DNA from: a virus
Length of the DNA stretch: 64,000 nt
Reading direction: 5' to 3' (one strand)
Virus record (IMG/VR): IMGVR_UViG_3300044712_002706
Location: 1-64,000 of that record
Part shown: in pieces, positions 19,457 to 29,830 of the stretch
Numbering within the stretch: position 1 is the stretch's first letter
Layout of the letters: each line of letters begins with the position of its first letter
Made by a program: the position numbers and the translations under genes
The notes under the pieces: generated by a model
The model's input: only the letters and a program-made list of their open reading frames with translations
What the model was told of the DNA's origin: nothing
Databases searched by the model: none

Positions 19457-20764
19457 TTAACCTGCCGTTCTGACGTCAATCTTGCCGGTGACGGCCTCGG
19501 AGATGAGGGCGGTGCGGTATTCTTGCAATAACCCGATTTGTTGATTTATAAAAGCGCTTTGCAACTCAACTTTAGGTTCAAAAGACTCGACTTTAGCGAT
19601 TATTTCTGCGTGTTCTAACGCTGGTGGTATCGGTATTGGCAAGGCCTTTAACTTCTCATTCGTCAAATGTCCAAAGGTCGCCTTATCTGAAAGAATGTCA
19701 ATATAGCCATTCTTGGTTAGAAAATACATCCAGTAATATAGCCATTTTGTGGTTATGTTTTTTAGCGGCCTGGCACGGTTCAATGAGTTTTGAAAGTAGC
19801 ATTCTTCTAGTTCCCCGCTCCAAATTGCAGACCTCCCAAGAGTTACACCACCTTCTGTAACTAATAAATCACCAGGTTGAAGTAAATATCTTTCAAGTTG
19901 GTTTTCAGTGAAACCCATTTTGTTTACACCAACTTCATCTAGAAGGATCTTGTTCCAGTGGATATTTGCTGCTCTCAAGTAAGGTTTTACCAACTCATAT
20001 TCTTCTTGTTTAGAACTATCAAGCATTTTCCCAAGTTTGACATCAAAAAAATACCTTACAGTGGTCATTACCCAATGACTCGGTATCTCCCCCAGCCACT
20101 CAATCCCCGAATCCTTCATTGGCACGTCGGGATTCAGCCCCTTGGTCACCGCCTGGTTGATGAGCGCCGTGCGCTGCTCCTGCAGCAGCTCGATCTGGCG
20201 CTGTTTCTTGGCGATCAGACGGTCAATCTGAGCGGTCTTGCGGTCGAGGAAGCTAGCAATAGCTTGTTGTTCGGGGAGAGGAAAATACGGGAGTTCTAAT
20301 TCTTGAAAAATATTGAAACTGAATGATGATGAGCGTTCTCGAATTCCTTTTGCAAGTGATTGAATGAACCCGTTATATGCCATCATCCTAAGCAAATAAG
20401 CATAATATTTGGTTGATGCTTCTTTTCTTGGGGTACAAACGGTATAAACTGGTGTGCTTTTGCCATCTGAATCAGAAACGCCAATCGCTCCAGCAAAACC
20501 ATCCATTTCGTGGATAACTAAATCACCTTTCCTAATGCCTTGATATCCTATCTCTTTTAGCGCGATTGTAAAACCCTCTACACGTCTATTTGCTCGTAGT
20601 GTTACTTGGCCGTCACGAAATGCTGTGATAATCTCATCTGCTTCTCGTACTGGCCTCTCCATCTTTTTGAAAATAAATTTTGCCCTATTAAATGCCCAAT
20701 GTTCTGGAACTATACCAAGCCAGGAATAACCACTCTTTTTGTACGCTGGATACGGTTTCATCAA
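19457..20764 (-). CDS. hsdS: Type I R-M specificity subunit
   Basis: YK.SG..WLG..P.HW repeats, PL.EQ..IA.FLD, ALI..AVT.G; two low-GC TRDs. Confidence 0.95.
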   Translation of the reverse strand: MMKPYPAYKKSGYSWLGIVPEHWAFNRAKFIFKKMERPVREADEIITAFRDGQVTLRANRRVEGFTIALKEIGYQGIRKGDLVIHEMDGFAGAIGVSDSDGKSTPVYTVCTPRKEASTKYYAYLLRMMAYNGFIQSLAKGIRERSSSFSFNIFQELELPYFPLPEQQAIASFLDRKTAQIDRLIAKKQRQIELLQEQRTALINQAVTKGLNPDVPMKDSGIEWLGEIPSHWVMTTVRYFFDVKLGKMLDSSKQEEYELVKPYLRAANIHWNKILLDEVGVNKMGFTENQLERYLLQPGDLLVTEGGVTLGRSAIWSGELEECYFQNSLNRARPLKNITTKWLYYWMYFLTKNGYIDILSDKATFGHLTNEKLKALPIPIPPALEHAEIIAKVESFEPKVELQSAFINQQIGLLQEYRTALISEAVTGKIDVRTAG

Positions 20765-22488
20765 TCCAAAATCTCCCCCAACAAACCATCGGTCTCGGCT
20801 TCGAGTGCCAGGATGTCGGCTTTGATCTCGGCCAGCGAGCGCAAAGGCTTGTACTCGTAGAAATACTTGGTGAAGCTGATTTCGTAGCCCACCTTGTCTT
20901 TGCTGCGATCCATCCAGGCATCGGGCACATGCGGCAGCACTTCGCGGGCAAAGTAGGCTTCGATGTCATCCTTGAGCGGAATTTTCTCGGTATCGCGTAG
21001 CGCCGGGTCAGGCTTGGGCTGGCCACCCGCACCTTTCAGCCCTGGTAGACCAGGCTGCTCAGTTTTCAAAGGCCGCTCGACAGTAACTTTGGTGTAACCG
21101 AAATCGGTATTGTCGAAGATTCTGCTGACTTTGCTCTCGGCAAAGGTTGTAAAAATCTCGGTGATTTGACGAATGTGTTCATCCGTAAAAAACTTGCGTT
21201 TACTGCCCAGATTCTTACGCATACTCTCATAAAAATCTATAGCGTTGACGAGCTGCACCTTACCTTGGCGGTGTTTAGGTTTCCGGTTGGTGACGACCCA
21301 GATGTAGGTGGCGATGCCAGTGTTATAAAACAAATCCATAGGCATGGCGACGACGGCTTCGAGCATATCGTTCTCGATAATCCACTTGCGGATGTCACTC
21401 TCGCCAGAACCGGCGTCGCCGGTGAAGAGCGGCGATCCGTTGAAGATGATGGCGATGCGGCTACCGCCGGCCTCCATTTTGGAGATCATGTGCTGCAAGA
21501 AGAGCAGCGCCCCGTCGCTGGAACGCGGCAGCCCGGCGTGGAAGCGCCCGTGGGGGTCATTGGCTTCGTTCTGGATGAAGTTCTCTTCTTTCTTCCAACT
21601 GACACCAAAAGGTGGGTTACTGAGCATAAAGCTGAAGCGCTGGCCCTTGAATTTATCCTGCGTGAAGCTGTTGCCCTGGCGGATGTTCTCGGCGTTTTCG
21701 CCCATAATCAACACGTCCGATTTGGCGATGGCGTAGGTCTGTTCGTTGAGTTCCTGGCCGTACATCACCACTTCGAGATCGGGGTTGATCTCGTCTTCGA
21801 TGTATTCTTTAGCCGTGATCAACATACCGCCGGTGCCAGCCGCCGGGTCAAACACGGTGCGGATGATGCCCTTGCCCTGTAGCTCGGCCCGGTGCTCTGC
21901 AAACAACAGGCTGACCATCAGGCGGATGACTTCACGTGGCGTGTAGTGCTCACCAGCGGTCTCGTTGCTCATTTCCGAAAAGCGGCGCAGCAGCTCCTCG
22001 AAGATATAGCCCATGTCGTGGTTGGTCACGTTGGTGGGGCCGAGATCAACTTCGGTGAATTTGTCCACCAGCAAGAAAAGCAGATCATTCTTGGCGAGTT
22101 TGGCGATGATCTTGTCCAACTGGAAGTTTTCGATGATCTCGCGCACGTTGCGGCTGTAGCCGTTGAGATAGTTACCGAAATTGAGTTCGATGTTCTTGGC
22201 ATCCTGGGCCAGGCGGCGCAGGTCATAGAACGAGTGATTGTAGAAGTTCAGTCCCCCGGCAGCCTGCTGCAAAATGGGGATGATCTGCTCCTCGTTGAGG
22301 GCGGCCTTGAACTGCTCGTGGGCCTTGATGACGGCGTCTTTGTTGGCTTCGAGCACCATGTCCAGGCGACGCAGAACGACGAAGGGCAGGATCACGTCGC
22401 CGTATTCGTGGGCTTTGAAGGCACCGCGCAGGGCGTCGTCGGCGACAGTCCAGATGAAGTTGGCTTTTTCGGAGAAGTTGTTGGGCAT
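20761..22488 (-). CDS. hsdM: Type I R-M N6-adenine methyltransferase
   Basis: GEHYTPRE, DPAAGTGG and NPPF motifs; start placed at MPNNFSEKANFIW. Confidence 0.96.
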   Translation of the reverse strand: MPNNFSEKANFIWTVADDALRGAFKAHEYGDVILPFVVLRRLDMVLEANKDAVIKAHEQFKAALNEEQIIPILQQAAGGLNFYNHSFYDLRRLAQDAKNIELNFGNYLNGYSRNVREIIENFQLDKIIAKLAKNDLLFLLVDKFTEVDLGPTNVTNHDMGYIFEELLRRFSEMSNETAGEHYTPREVIRLMVSLLFAEHRAELQGKGIIRTVFDPAAGTGGMLITAKEYIEDEINPDLEVVMYGQELNEQTYAIAKSDVLIMGENAENIRQGNSFTQDKFKGQRFSFMLSNPPFGVSWKKEENFIQNEANDPHGRFHAGLPRSSDGALLFLQHMISKMEAGGSRIAIIFNGSPLFTGDAGSGESDIRKWIIENDMLEAVVAMPMDLFYNTGIATYIWVVTNRKPKHRQGKVQLVNAIDFYESMRKNLGSKRKFFTDEHIRQITEIFTTFAESKVSRIFDNTDFGYTKVTVERPLKTEQPGLPGLKGAGGQPKPDPALRDTEKIPLKDDIEAYFAREVLPHVPDAWMDRSKDKVGYEISFTKYFYEYKPLRSLAEIKADILALEAETDGLLGEILD

Positions 22489-22498
22489 GGGGAGAAAG

Positions 22499-24487
22499 TT
22501 AGGGCGTAGGGGTAGGTTGTTGAAGGGAGCGAATGTTTTGTTCGATTTCAGAGCGAAGAACAGGACTTGTGGTAATAGTAAGGGCGTGTTGGTAGTCGGC
22601 CAGTGCGAGGTCTGATTGGCCTTGCTTCGTATAAATCTCACCGCGTAATTTATAGGTACAAGGAAGGCAAGCCATTTCTGGAGATGCAATACGAATAACT
22701 TCGTTGAGGTCGGCCATAGCTAGTGAATATTGGCCTTGATCTGCATAGACGAACCCGCGCGCGTAAAAAGCTGTAGCGTTATTGGGATTAAGTTGAATGG
22801 CTCGTGCAAAGTCAGCGAGTGCTGCAGGATAGTTATGGAGCTGACTATAAGTGTTACCGCGATTGAGATATACAAGGGTATTGCTCGGATCAAGTTGAAT
22901 GGCCTTATTGAAATCTGCCATAGCGGAGGGATAATCTGGGATATTGAGATAAACAACACCACGATTGACATAAGCTGCAGTGTAATTGGGATCAAGGTGG
23001 ATTGCTTCGGTAAAGTCGCTGATAGCGGATGTTTGATCCTGGGTGACAACATACATAACACCACGATTGTAAAAAATAGTGGCATCGTTAGGATTGATTT
23101 GGATAGCTTTATCAAAATCACTTATAGCGGCGTCGTAATCTCGAGTGAATGAGTAAATAGTACCGCGTCTGTTGTAAGCATCCGCATTATCAGGATCGAG
23201 TTGAATGGCTTTACTAAAGTCAGCTATCGCAAGAGAGTAATTTTGAATATCGGTGTAAACAATACCCCGGCTAAAGTATGCTGAATAATTCTTGGGGTCG
23301 AGTTGGATAGCCTGATCGAAATCGGAAATAGCAGATTGGTATTCTTTTGTTTCGGCATAGAGTGAGCCGCGGTTTTTGTAAGCTATAACAAGCTTAGAAT
23401 CATATTTGATGGCTTGAGTGAAATCGGCGATTGCGTAAGGATAGTTGTGAGTGCGAAAGTAGGCTACACCGCGATCGTTGTAGGTACAAGCAAGACAAGC
23501 TAAATCCTGTTGAGCAAAGTGAATGGCATCATTAAATGATTCGATAGCTTTGTCCCAATCCTGCATAGCACTCAATGTTGTACCGCGATAGTAAAGAGCT
23601 TCTGAGCGCGTTACAACATCTTCAGCCCATGATGATCGGGAAAGCGCTTGGTCAAAACGTTTCAATGCGGCAGGATAATCACTGGCTTGGTAACGAACAT
23701 AGCCACTGAGAAAGAAAATAAAGGTAGTAAGTTCGTGACCGATATCTTGCTGGAAGGTGAACGAATCAAGTTTTGTGCTGGCGGCTTGGACTTGCAAGGT
23801 TTCGTCCGCATCAAGAATATCTACCTTCTCAGGATGGATATTCTCAATATGAAGAGTTAGGCGCACATCAGTAGTTGTTTTACCGTAATAGCCCCAAATA
23901 ACAATATCAGCATGGTGCTTTTCGCCGATTCCGCGAGCATAAACACTGCCTTGTTCTTCGGCGATTGTTTCAGCAAGGGATATCACTACGGTATCCGTAT
24001 ATACAGCAAGAGAATCTTTAAGCTGAGTGGTCAGTTCTTCTGTAATGCGATAATTCTTTGGATCAGGGCCATCTATTTTAGTAACGATAACGACAATTTT
24101 ATTTTCAAGTTCGGCCTTAAGATGCTGTTCCAGCCAGTAATCGTAGCCGAAGTAAATGCCCCAAGAAATCCACCCCAAGATAACAGCACCGAAGGTTATG
24201 CGGGCGATTTTAAGCCAACTATAAGGGAGTAGTGGTTCCTTTCTTTTTTCTACCAGTTGGGGATGCTTCGTAATAATGGTGGGTTGAATGATCTGGGTAT
24301 GCCAACCAATAGATGCGATAGCCAGAATAACAGTGACCAAACCAAAAGCGATAAGACCGACGATGACAAGGTTTTGCTGGAATAGGGTGACAAACCCCGC
24401 GATAGCAACAACAGCGGTGATGAAGGCAGATACCTTGCCCCAGATGGAGGCTAGAAATTGGCTGAATTGTGGCTTATCGTCAGACAT
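22499..24487 (-). CDS. Membrane-anchored TPR-repeat protein
   Basis: Many 34-aa repeats (AY.NRG..Y.....Y..AI.DF..AI.LDP); three N-terminal TM segments. Confidence 0.9.
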   Translation of the reverse strand: MSDDKPQFSQFLASIWGKVSAFITAVVAIAGFVTLFQQNLVIVGLIAFGLVTVILAIASIGWHTQIIQPTIITKHPQLVEKRKEPLLPYSWLKIARITFGAVILGWISWGIYFGYDYWLEQHLKAELENKIVVIVTKIDGPDPKNYRITEELTTQLKDSLAVYTDTVVISLAETIAEEQGSVYARGIGEKHHADIVIWGYYGKTTTDVRLTLHIENIHPEKVDILDADETLQVQAASTKLDSFTFQQDIGHELTTFIFFLSGYVRYQASDYPAALKRFDQALSRSSWAEDVVTRSEALYYRGTTLSAMQDWDKAIESFNDAIHFAQQDLACLACTYNDRGVAYFRTHNYPYAIADFTQAIKYDSKLVIAYKNRGSLYAETKEYQSAISDFDQAIQLDPKNYSAYFSRGIVYTDIQNYSLAIADFSKAIQLDPDNADAYNRRGTIYSFTRDYDAAISDFDKAIQINPNDATIFYNRGVMYVVTQDQTSAISDFTEAIHLDPNYTAAYVNRGVVYLNIPDYPSAMADFNKAIQLDPSNTLVYLNRGNTYSQLHNYPAALADFARAIQLNPNNATAFYARGFVYADQGQYSLAMADLNEVIRIASPEMACLPCTYKLRGEIYTKQGQSDLALADYQHALTITTSPVLRSEIEQNIRSLQQPTPTP

Positions 24488-24507
24488 GAAAGTGATTGGT
24501 TAAGTTA

Positions 24508-24682
24508 TAAAAAGCCCGGCTCCTTGCGGATGCCGGGCAACGGGTTTAAAATACTTGCAGCCGATGCGTCCACCCACGCGGAGGCGAATGTCTCGCCAGA
24601 TTGCTGCGGTCACAGCGATTGGCGAGTTTTTTATTGTAGGGTTATTCTATATCAGGTGGGGGATGGCTGCAAGCGAATCAAA
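24508..24682 (-). ncRNA. Candidate small RNA or attenuating leader upstream of the TPR/hsd operon
   Basis: Minus-strand TTGCAG...TAGAAT promoter, CTCGCCA...TGGCGAG hairpin, then GCCCGGC...GCCGGGC-T4 terminator. Confidence 0.4.
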
Positions 24683-24685
24683 ACA

Positions 24686-24720
24686 AAAAGCAGCGATGAG
24701 GAAGATCGTCGCTGCTTTTT
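24686..24720. terminator. Bidirectional terminator-like hairpin
   Basis: AAAAAGCAGCGATGA...TCGTCGCTGCTTTTT. Confidence 0.6.
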
Positions 24721-24740
24721 GGGTGATAAGTCAGGTGGGC

Positions 24741-24953
24741 CTACTTCAGTCCAACCTGGGCTACGAAAACCGCCTGGCGTAACTCGTCTGCATGATGATC
24801 GCAGACGACCATGCACTGGATGAAACTGAAAAGGTGAAAACGGATTTCAAAGAGTTTGGTGTTGTGGGCGTGGTCGTTAGGGTCACAGACGTTGCAGTAG
24901 ATGTGGGTCGTGTTTTCGAGTTGGGTAACTTCGATTTTCTGGGTGGTGTTCAT
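24741..24953 (-). CDS. Small Cys/His (Zn-binding?) protein
   Basis: AAAGGA RBS, upstream TTGACT promoter, CxxC...CxxH. Confidence 0.55.
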   Translation of the reverse strand: MNTTQKIEVTQLENTTHIYCNVCDPNDHAHNTKLFEIRFHLFSFIQCMVVCDHHADELRQAVFVAQVGLK

Positions 24954-25253
24954 GGTGATTTCCTTTCGTGTGGAGTTGTCACCATGTTATGGGGGTGGCG
25001 TAGGAAGTCAAGGAGATGAGCAGCCTTGATTGCTCTGGATGAGTCCAGCCTTCAGGAAGTCATTTTTCTAATACATTGGCAGTACATCGACAGCTATCTA
25101 AAGTTGATCAAATCAAAAGGCGTGATAATTCCCACCAATAATTCATGTATGCTGTATTGTTTCAAGAGAGAATATCGAAAAAGTTCTGTTATTAGTTTAT
25201 CCTTATTCAAGTCCCCGAATAAAAGTGGAGTTCCACTTTATCTGTTACAGTAG

Positions 25254-26390
25254 TTATGAAGTAGAAATCATTCCACTCAATAAATCCGCTGTGGTAAAAC
25301 GAGTAGTCATGAAAAAAAACTCCTGTGCACTTTTTAAGCACTTCGGACGGGAAGGGCTAAACTTAATTCCCTTTAGACTAGATAAGGCACGTTGTCTGGC
25401 GGAACCTTCCATAGCCCAAAAATGTGCAACGAGCCCCAGATAAGCTATTGAATGTTCGGTATCCACGGGTTCTTTTCGGCAAATCATTCCCTCAAGCTTA
25501 CTCAAAGTTTCTACCGCAATCAGGAAGTGTTCGTGCTTTAGGGCCGCTGCACCAAGTTCAAATAAAGCCAGTGCAGCTTCTGAGAAAGCGCCATTTGGAG
25601 AGCGGCTGACAAATTCAACGGTTTCTAAAATCTTACGTACCGGACGTTCATTATCCATTGTGATTGCAATTGCCCCTAACCGTTGTAAGGCCCTTAAAAT
25701 TGCTCCTGTATCAGAAGATGAATCAGTTTCGGATTTCAGCCCATGCTCCAGAATATGCTTTAAAGTCAAAACTCCCTGGGTAAAATTTGTTACATCTATA
25801 TCCTTCTGGGTGGCTAGCTCAATGGCTTGGATAATATCTTCCAATCCATTACCACGATAGCATTTATGTGCTTGGATTTTATACGCAAGCTTCTCAAGGA
25901 TTTCAAGGATTCGGATTTTATATCCTCTGACTTTGCCATAATCACCAAGGTAACATATATCATCAAGAACTTGCTTATCAGGGATTCCATCGCGCCGGAT
26001 ACGTCGTTCGCACTTCCCCTTTAAATTATTAAGCAAGCTGTCTATTCGATACCGAAGAGACCAACCTCCTACTAAACCAACAGTAGTCAATGCTATTATC
26101 TCATTTGCCCATTGCTGAACACTAAGCATCGAAGTGATATTTGTAATAAAGCTTGAGTTTTTAGGGTAACAATGCACTACAATCCCTGCAAAAACCAACA
26201 TGATCAGCATCACAAGAACGATAGATGCATATCCCCATTTTAGAAAACGAGAATGACGGCGAACAATACCGCGTAAATCTTCCGAAACGATGGTTTGTAA
26301 AACCAGAGAAGGAATCCCCACTCCGAAAAGTAAGAAGGAAATAGCGACTTGAAAATATGTAAGAGGCCAACCTTGCTCTATATTGCACAT
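25254..26390 (-). CDS. Membrane protein with helical cytoplasmic domain
   Basis: 378 aa, N-terminal TM segments, abuts the receiver gene. Confidence 0.7.
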   Translation of the reverse strand: MCNIEQGWPLTYFQVAISFLLFGVGIPSLVLQTIVSEDLRGIVRRHSRFLKWGYASIVLVMLIMLVFAGIVVHCYPKNSSFITNITSMLSVQQWANEIIALTTVGLVGGWSLRYRIDSLLNNLKGKCERRIRRDGIPDKQVLDDICYLGDYGKVRGYKIRILEILEKLAYKIQAHKCYRGNGLEDIIQAIELATQKDIDVTNFTQGVLTLKHILEHGLKSETDSSSDTGAILRALQRLGAIAITMDNERPVRKILETVEFVSRSPNGAFSEAALALFELGAAALKHEHFLIAVETLSKLEGMICRKEPVDTEHSIAYLGLVAHFWAMEGSARQRALSSLKGIKFSPSRPKCLKSAQEFFFMTTRFTTADLLSGMISTS

Positions 26391-26887
26391 TAACCACCCT
26401 CCTTACTTTGCTCGTATATATCTACAATAAGCTTAAGCAATATTTCTTCCGGCATCTCAACTCGCTTATGGTAATAAACCTTAATCTGAAGTTGTTTCAG
26501 ATGCTCATCTAACTCTAATTGACTCTCGACGGTTAATACTCCTATTTTTGCTGATACGATCCAATCAGGCCGCTTATTCCCTAAGTTTATTTTAGCACTC
26601 TGGTGGCCCAGAACGGTATACAAGAAATCGAGGCCAAGTCGAGCAGAAACCTTGTCAGCTCCGGATTTTTTATGAAGATTGATCCATTCCTTGTCATCCC
26701 CCGGTGGGAGCCGAATATCTACAATAATTACATCAAATACATCACTAAGCAGATAAGCAATGCCAGATGACGCATCTTCTGCGATAACCAGGTCATAATC
26801 CCCATCCATATAAACTGGCGCTGCGATGTTCACCAGATCGTATCGCGCCCCGTCCTCTACCCATAGAACTCTGCATTTTTTTGTCAT
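26390..26887 (-). CDS. Stand-alone response regulator receiver protein
   Basis: VLWVED, DVIIVDIRLP (phospho-Asp), conserved T and K. Confidence 0.85.
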   Translation of the reverse strand: MTKKCRVLWVEDGARYDLVNIAAPVYMDGDYDLVIAEDASSGIAYLLSDVFDVIIVDIRLPPGDDKEWINLHKKSGADKVSARLGLDFLYTVLGHQSAKINLGNKRPDWIVSAKIGVLTVESQLELDEHLKQLQIKVYYHKRVEMPEEILLKLIVDIYEQSKEGG

Positions 26888-26889
26888 AT

Positions 26890-28467
26890 TTATTTTCCTT
26901 TATGGTTGCAAATTGGCAACGAAAGCATTGCTGTCTTTATATGCGGAACAGACAAATCTTCTATGGGCGAATAATGCGTCGCTGGTCGACTTGTTATCCC
27001 TACATCACCACTGTAGCGTTTGGCAGTATCGCGGGCATCTGCCAAGCCTATCCCAGTTCCAATTCGGCCGCGCTGATTAGAAAGTCTCCCTCGCCAGCCC
27101 AATTGAAAAATAAGATCCCCCTCTATTTCATCCTTGGGGATAGGCACCCCATAATCTTCAATTTCGAGACAGACTCGATCTGCATTGATGTAACTGCGAA
27201 TTTCAATCCAGGGTTTTACATTCGAATCGCGTGACCAACTATATTTGATAGCGTTATGTAGCAGGTTATTTATTACGCGTATAATGTCATGCCGGCCAGC
27301 CCACACGCAGACGGCATCTGCGCGATTATCTGACCGAAAACTAACTCCCTTGTAATCAGCGTAATCCGTTAGCCCCTTTATTGCTTCTTTTACCAACTCC
27401 CAGAACTCACAAACTTCCGGTTTCTCGGCCTTCTTGACGCCGGTAATAACACGTTCGCGCAAATCCCGCACCATGTAATCTGTTTCTAGAACACGATCTT
27501 GTACCTGGCGAAGCGCAATCAGGCATGTGATTCGTTCGAGTTGTTCGGCGCTGTGCTTAACTTCTCGGACAAATTCTTGCTTAAAACTGCCTCTCTTTAG
27601 TTTGCCTAAAATATCAATTACTTGGCGCGCTGCTCTGCGTAGAACAGGTACACGCGTTTCGGCAATATTGATCTTCTCCACTTCTTCGATGGTGGATAAC
27701 AGCTTTTCTAGTTCTGTCCAATCATCAGGCGAGAGAGCCTCTCTTTGGATGGGAGTTTCAACGGATACAAGCAACTTACCGAGTGTTGAAATCAGACTCT
27801 TCCTCGGCCCAGTCAATTCTTTCCAAATCTGGTCTGTGGGTGGGAGTGTTTTTCCCTTGAACGGATCGGAGCCCAAAGCATTTAATGTAGGCGTGATTGC
27901 ATATCCAACCTGGTGCAAGGTAGCAGATAATGTGTGAAATGTTCTCCCCACATCCTTTTGTAAATCCTCGATGTTTTCCCGAAGACTCTTTTCTGCTTCA
28001 CGAAGGTGTTTTTCATCAGTAATATCTTTAGAAATGCCAAAGGTACCAATAATTCTATTCTCTTCATCTCGCAAAGGCATCTTAGTGGTGGTAACCCATG
28101 TATCTGGTCGATCTAGCCAAGTTTCTTTTTCCTCTTTTGCCACCAATGATTCCCCTGTTTGCATTATGCGTTGCTCATCCTGATATGCTTGCTCGGCATG
28201 TTCCTTGCTGAAATAGTCAAAATCGCTCTTGCCAATTGCTTCAGATGCATCATTCACTCCAAATGCTTTGGCTTCTGAACTGGAGATTTTGATAAAACGG
28301 GATTTGGTATCTTTAAAGTAGATGTGCTCAGGAAGATTATCCAATAGGGCTTTGAGGAGATGCGAATCGGATGTAACTGAATATTCTTCATTCTCCTGCC
28401 CGATGATCTTGGGTTGTAAAGTTTCATTGGCTACTTGGTTTGTGTTGTGATTGTCTTCCATATACAT
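26890..28467 (-). CDS. PAS-domain sensor histidine kinase
   Basis: PAS/PAC (IYFKD..SRF, IIGTFGISKDIT); NLLHNAIKYS N-box, D.G, GTGIGL. Confidence 0.9.
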   Translation of the reverse strand: MYMEDNHNTNQVANETLQPKIIGQENEEYSVTSDSHLLKALLDNLPEHIYFKDTKSRFIKISSSEAKAFGVNDASEAIGKSDFDYFSKEHAEQAYQDEQRIMQTGESLVAKEEKETWLDRPDTWVTTTKMPLRDEENRIIGTFGISKDITDEKHLREAEKSLRENIEDLQKDVGRTFHTLSATLHQVGYAITPTLNALGSDPFKGKTLPPTDQIWKELTGPRKSLISTLGKLLVSVETPIQREALSPDDWTELEKLLSTIEEVEKINIAETRVPVLRRAARQVIDILGKLKRGSFKQEFVREVKHSAEQLERITCLIALRQVQDRVLETDYMVRDLRERVITGVKKAEKPEVCEFWELVKEAIKGLTDYADYKGVSFRSDNRADAVCVWAGRHDIIRVINNLLHNAIKYSWSRDSNVKPWIEIRSYINADRVCLEIEDYGVPIPKDEIEGDLIFQLGWRGRLSNQRGRIGTGIGLADARDTAKRYSGDVGITSRPATHYSPIEDLSVPHIKTAMLSLPICNHKGK

Positions 28468-28901
28468 AAACCCTTTTGCTATGCTCCTGATTTTCAACCT
28501 GTTTATTTATCTATCAGCCGGGAATAGTTGAATTTGTTTTCATAGTGTGGAGAACCCGAGTTTAGACACTATGGTTTTCTGTTCCATAATTCGCGGCCTG
28601 TGCCCGAAGCCAACACAGACGGCGCTAGAACTAATTTTGTCTAAACTTGAGTTATAGAAAACGTAGGATATTTCCCCGAAGGTTTGTGTATCGGGAAAAT
28701 GCTATCTCATTAAGATTTGGCTTATATAACAAGCATTCTGCACAATGTCATAGCACTATTAACTTCACATGCAGTACCCCCTCACAGGGCTTGATCTTCT
28801 TAACTCCAGGTGACAACCAAAAACAATAAATATATGACATCACCAATAAATACCCCAATGTTTTCTAATATTTATTATAGTTACGTACCAGAAAAAAGCA
28901 A

Positions 28902-28936
28902 TAAAAACTTCCGCTTATTGGGCGGAAGTTTTCTTT
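28902..28936. terminator. Terminator-like hairpin
   Basis: AAAAACTTCCGC-TTATTGG-GCGGAAGTTTT. Confidence 0.55.
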
Positions 28937-29000
28937 TGGTGGAAGTATAGGAAGTCAAGGCTTTGGAGTGCTTGCGTACATGTACTCGCCGCTAGGGCTA

Positions 29001-29762
29001 TTATTCAACCTTGATCTGTTCCAGAGCCACGGCCTTGTAATCGGCTGCTGCAGATTTCTTGACACCGAGTTTGGCCGCTTCGAGTTCGCGCAGCGATACA
29101 CTGGCCGGGTTAGGTGATTTTCGCAGGTAATCGGTCACGGCGAACAGAATGATGGGGTCAAGACTATCCGTCCGGCGTGTCCGGGCTTGTCCGCCGGACA
29201 ATGGTGTTTGTCCAGCGGACACAACCGCCTTGCGGGCCTCGGCATTGGTCAGGAGCTTCTCTGCCCGCAGCTTTTCCGCTTCCGCCTGGGCAATCAGGGC
29301 CTGCGCTTCAGCCTGGGCCTTGATCAGCGAGATTTCGTCCTGCGTCCGCTGGTGTCGGTCGGCCTTGTCTTTTTCGGCTTTGATCTTCCGTTCGTGCATG
29401 TACTCATTAACGGCAATGATCAGGTAGCCAATAATCATGCCGATGGTGGACGTGGCGAGCGACTTGGTCTCTGCGCCGATGTAGACGGCGAAGATGACAA
29501 AGCCGGAGAGCGTGAGCGCCCCCAGTGTAGCAACGATGAAAGGCCCCAGCTCTCGCAAGGCAAACGCCCGGGCGGCGGTCTTGTAGGTCTGGAGTTCGAC
29601 CCAGATCATGCCGCCCATTCCAGCTGCAGCAAGCAGGCCAGGGAAGACCGACCAGAAACTGACATCAGCGATGCCAAGTGCCTGGGCGACGGATTTGTAG
29701 AGTTGGACGGCCAGAATGAATGCCGGCGGCGTGCCGGCGAGAACGGGGGCGATATCTTTCAT
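29001..29762 (-). CDS. Multi-TM protein with coiled-coil and basic C-terminus (spread-protein-like)
   Basis: Four TM segments, coiled coil, C-terminal S.RELE HTH-like tail; last gene of the FtsK operon. Confidence 0.55.
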   Translation of the reverse strand: MKDIAPVLAGTPPAFILAVQLYKSVAQALGIADVSFWSVFPGLLAAAGMGGMIWVELQTYKTAARAFALRELGPFIVATLGALTLSGFVIFAVYIGAETKSLATSTIGMIIGYLIIAVNEYMHERKIKAEKDKADRHQRTQDEISLIKAQAEAQALIAQAEAEKLRAEKLLTNAEARKAVVSAGQTPLSGGQARTRRTDSLDPIILFAVTDYLRKSPNPASVSLRELEAAKLGVKKSAAADYKAVALEQIKVE

Positions 29763-29830
29763 GGTTTGTTACCTACACTTTTCAAGTTGGGTATCCCTGA
29801 CCGGGGGTCAGGGATACAGAGAATTGGCGG

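Noticed and set aside
22489-22689. N-terminal extension of HsdM given in the ORF track
   Set aside because: Overlaps the TPR gene; the HsdM-like sequence starts at 22488
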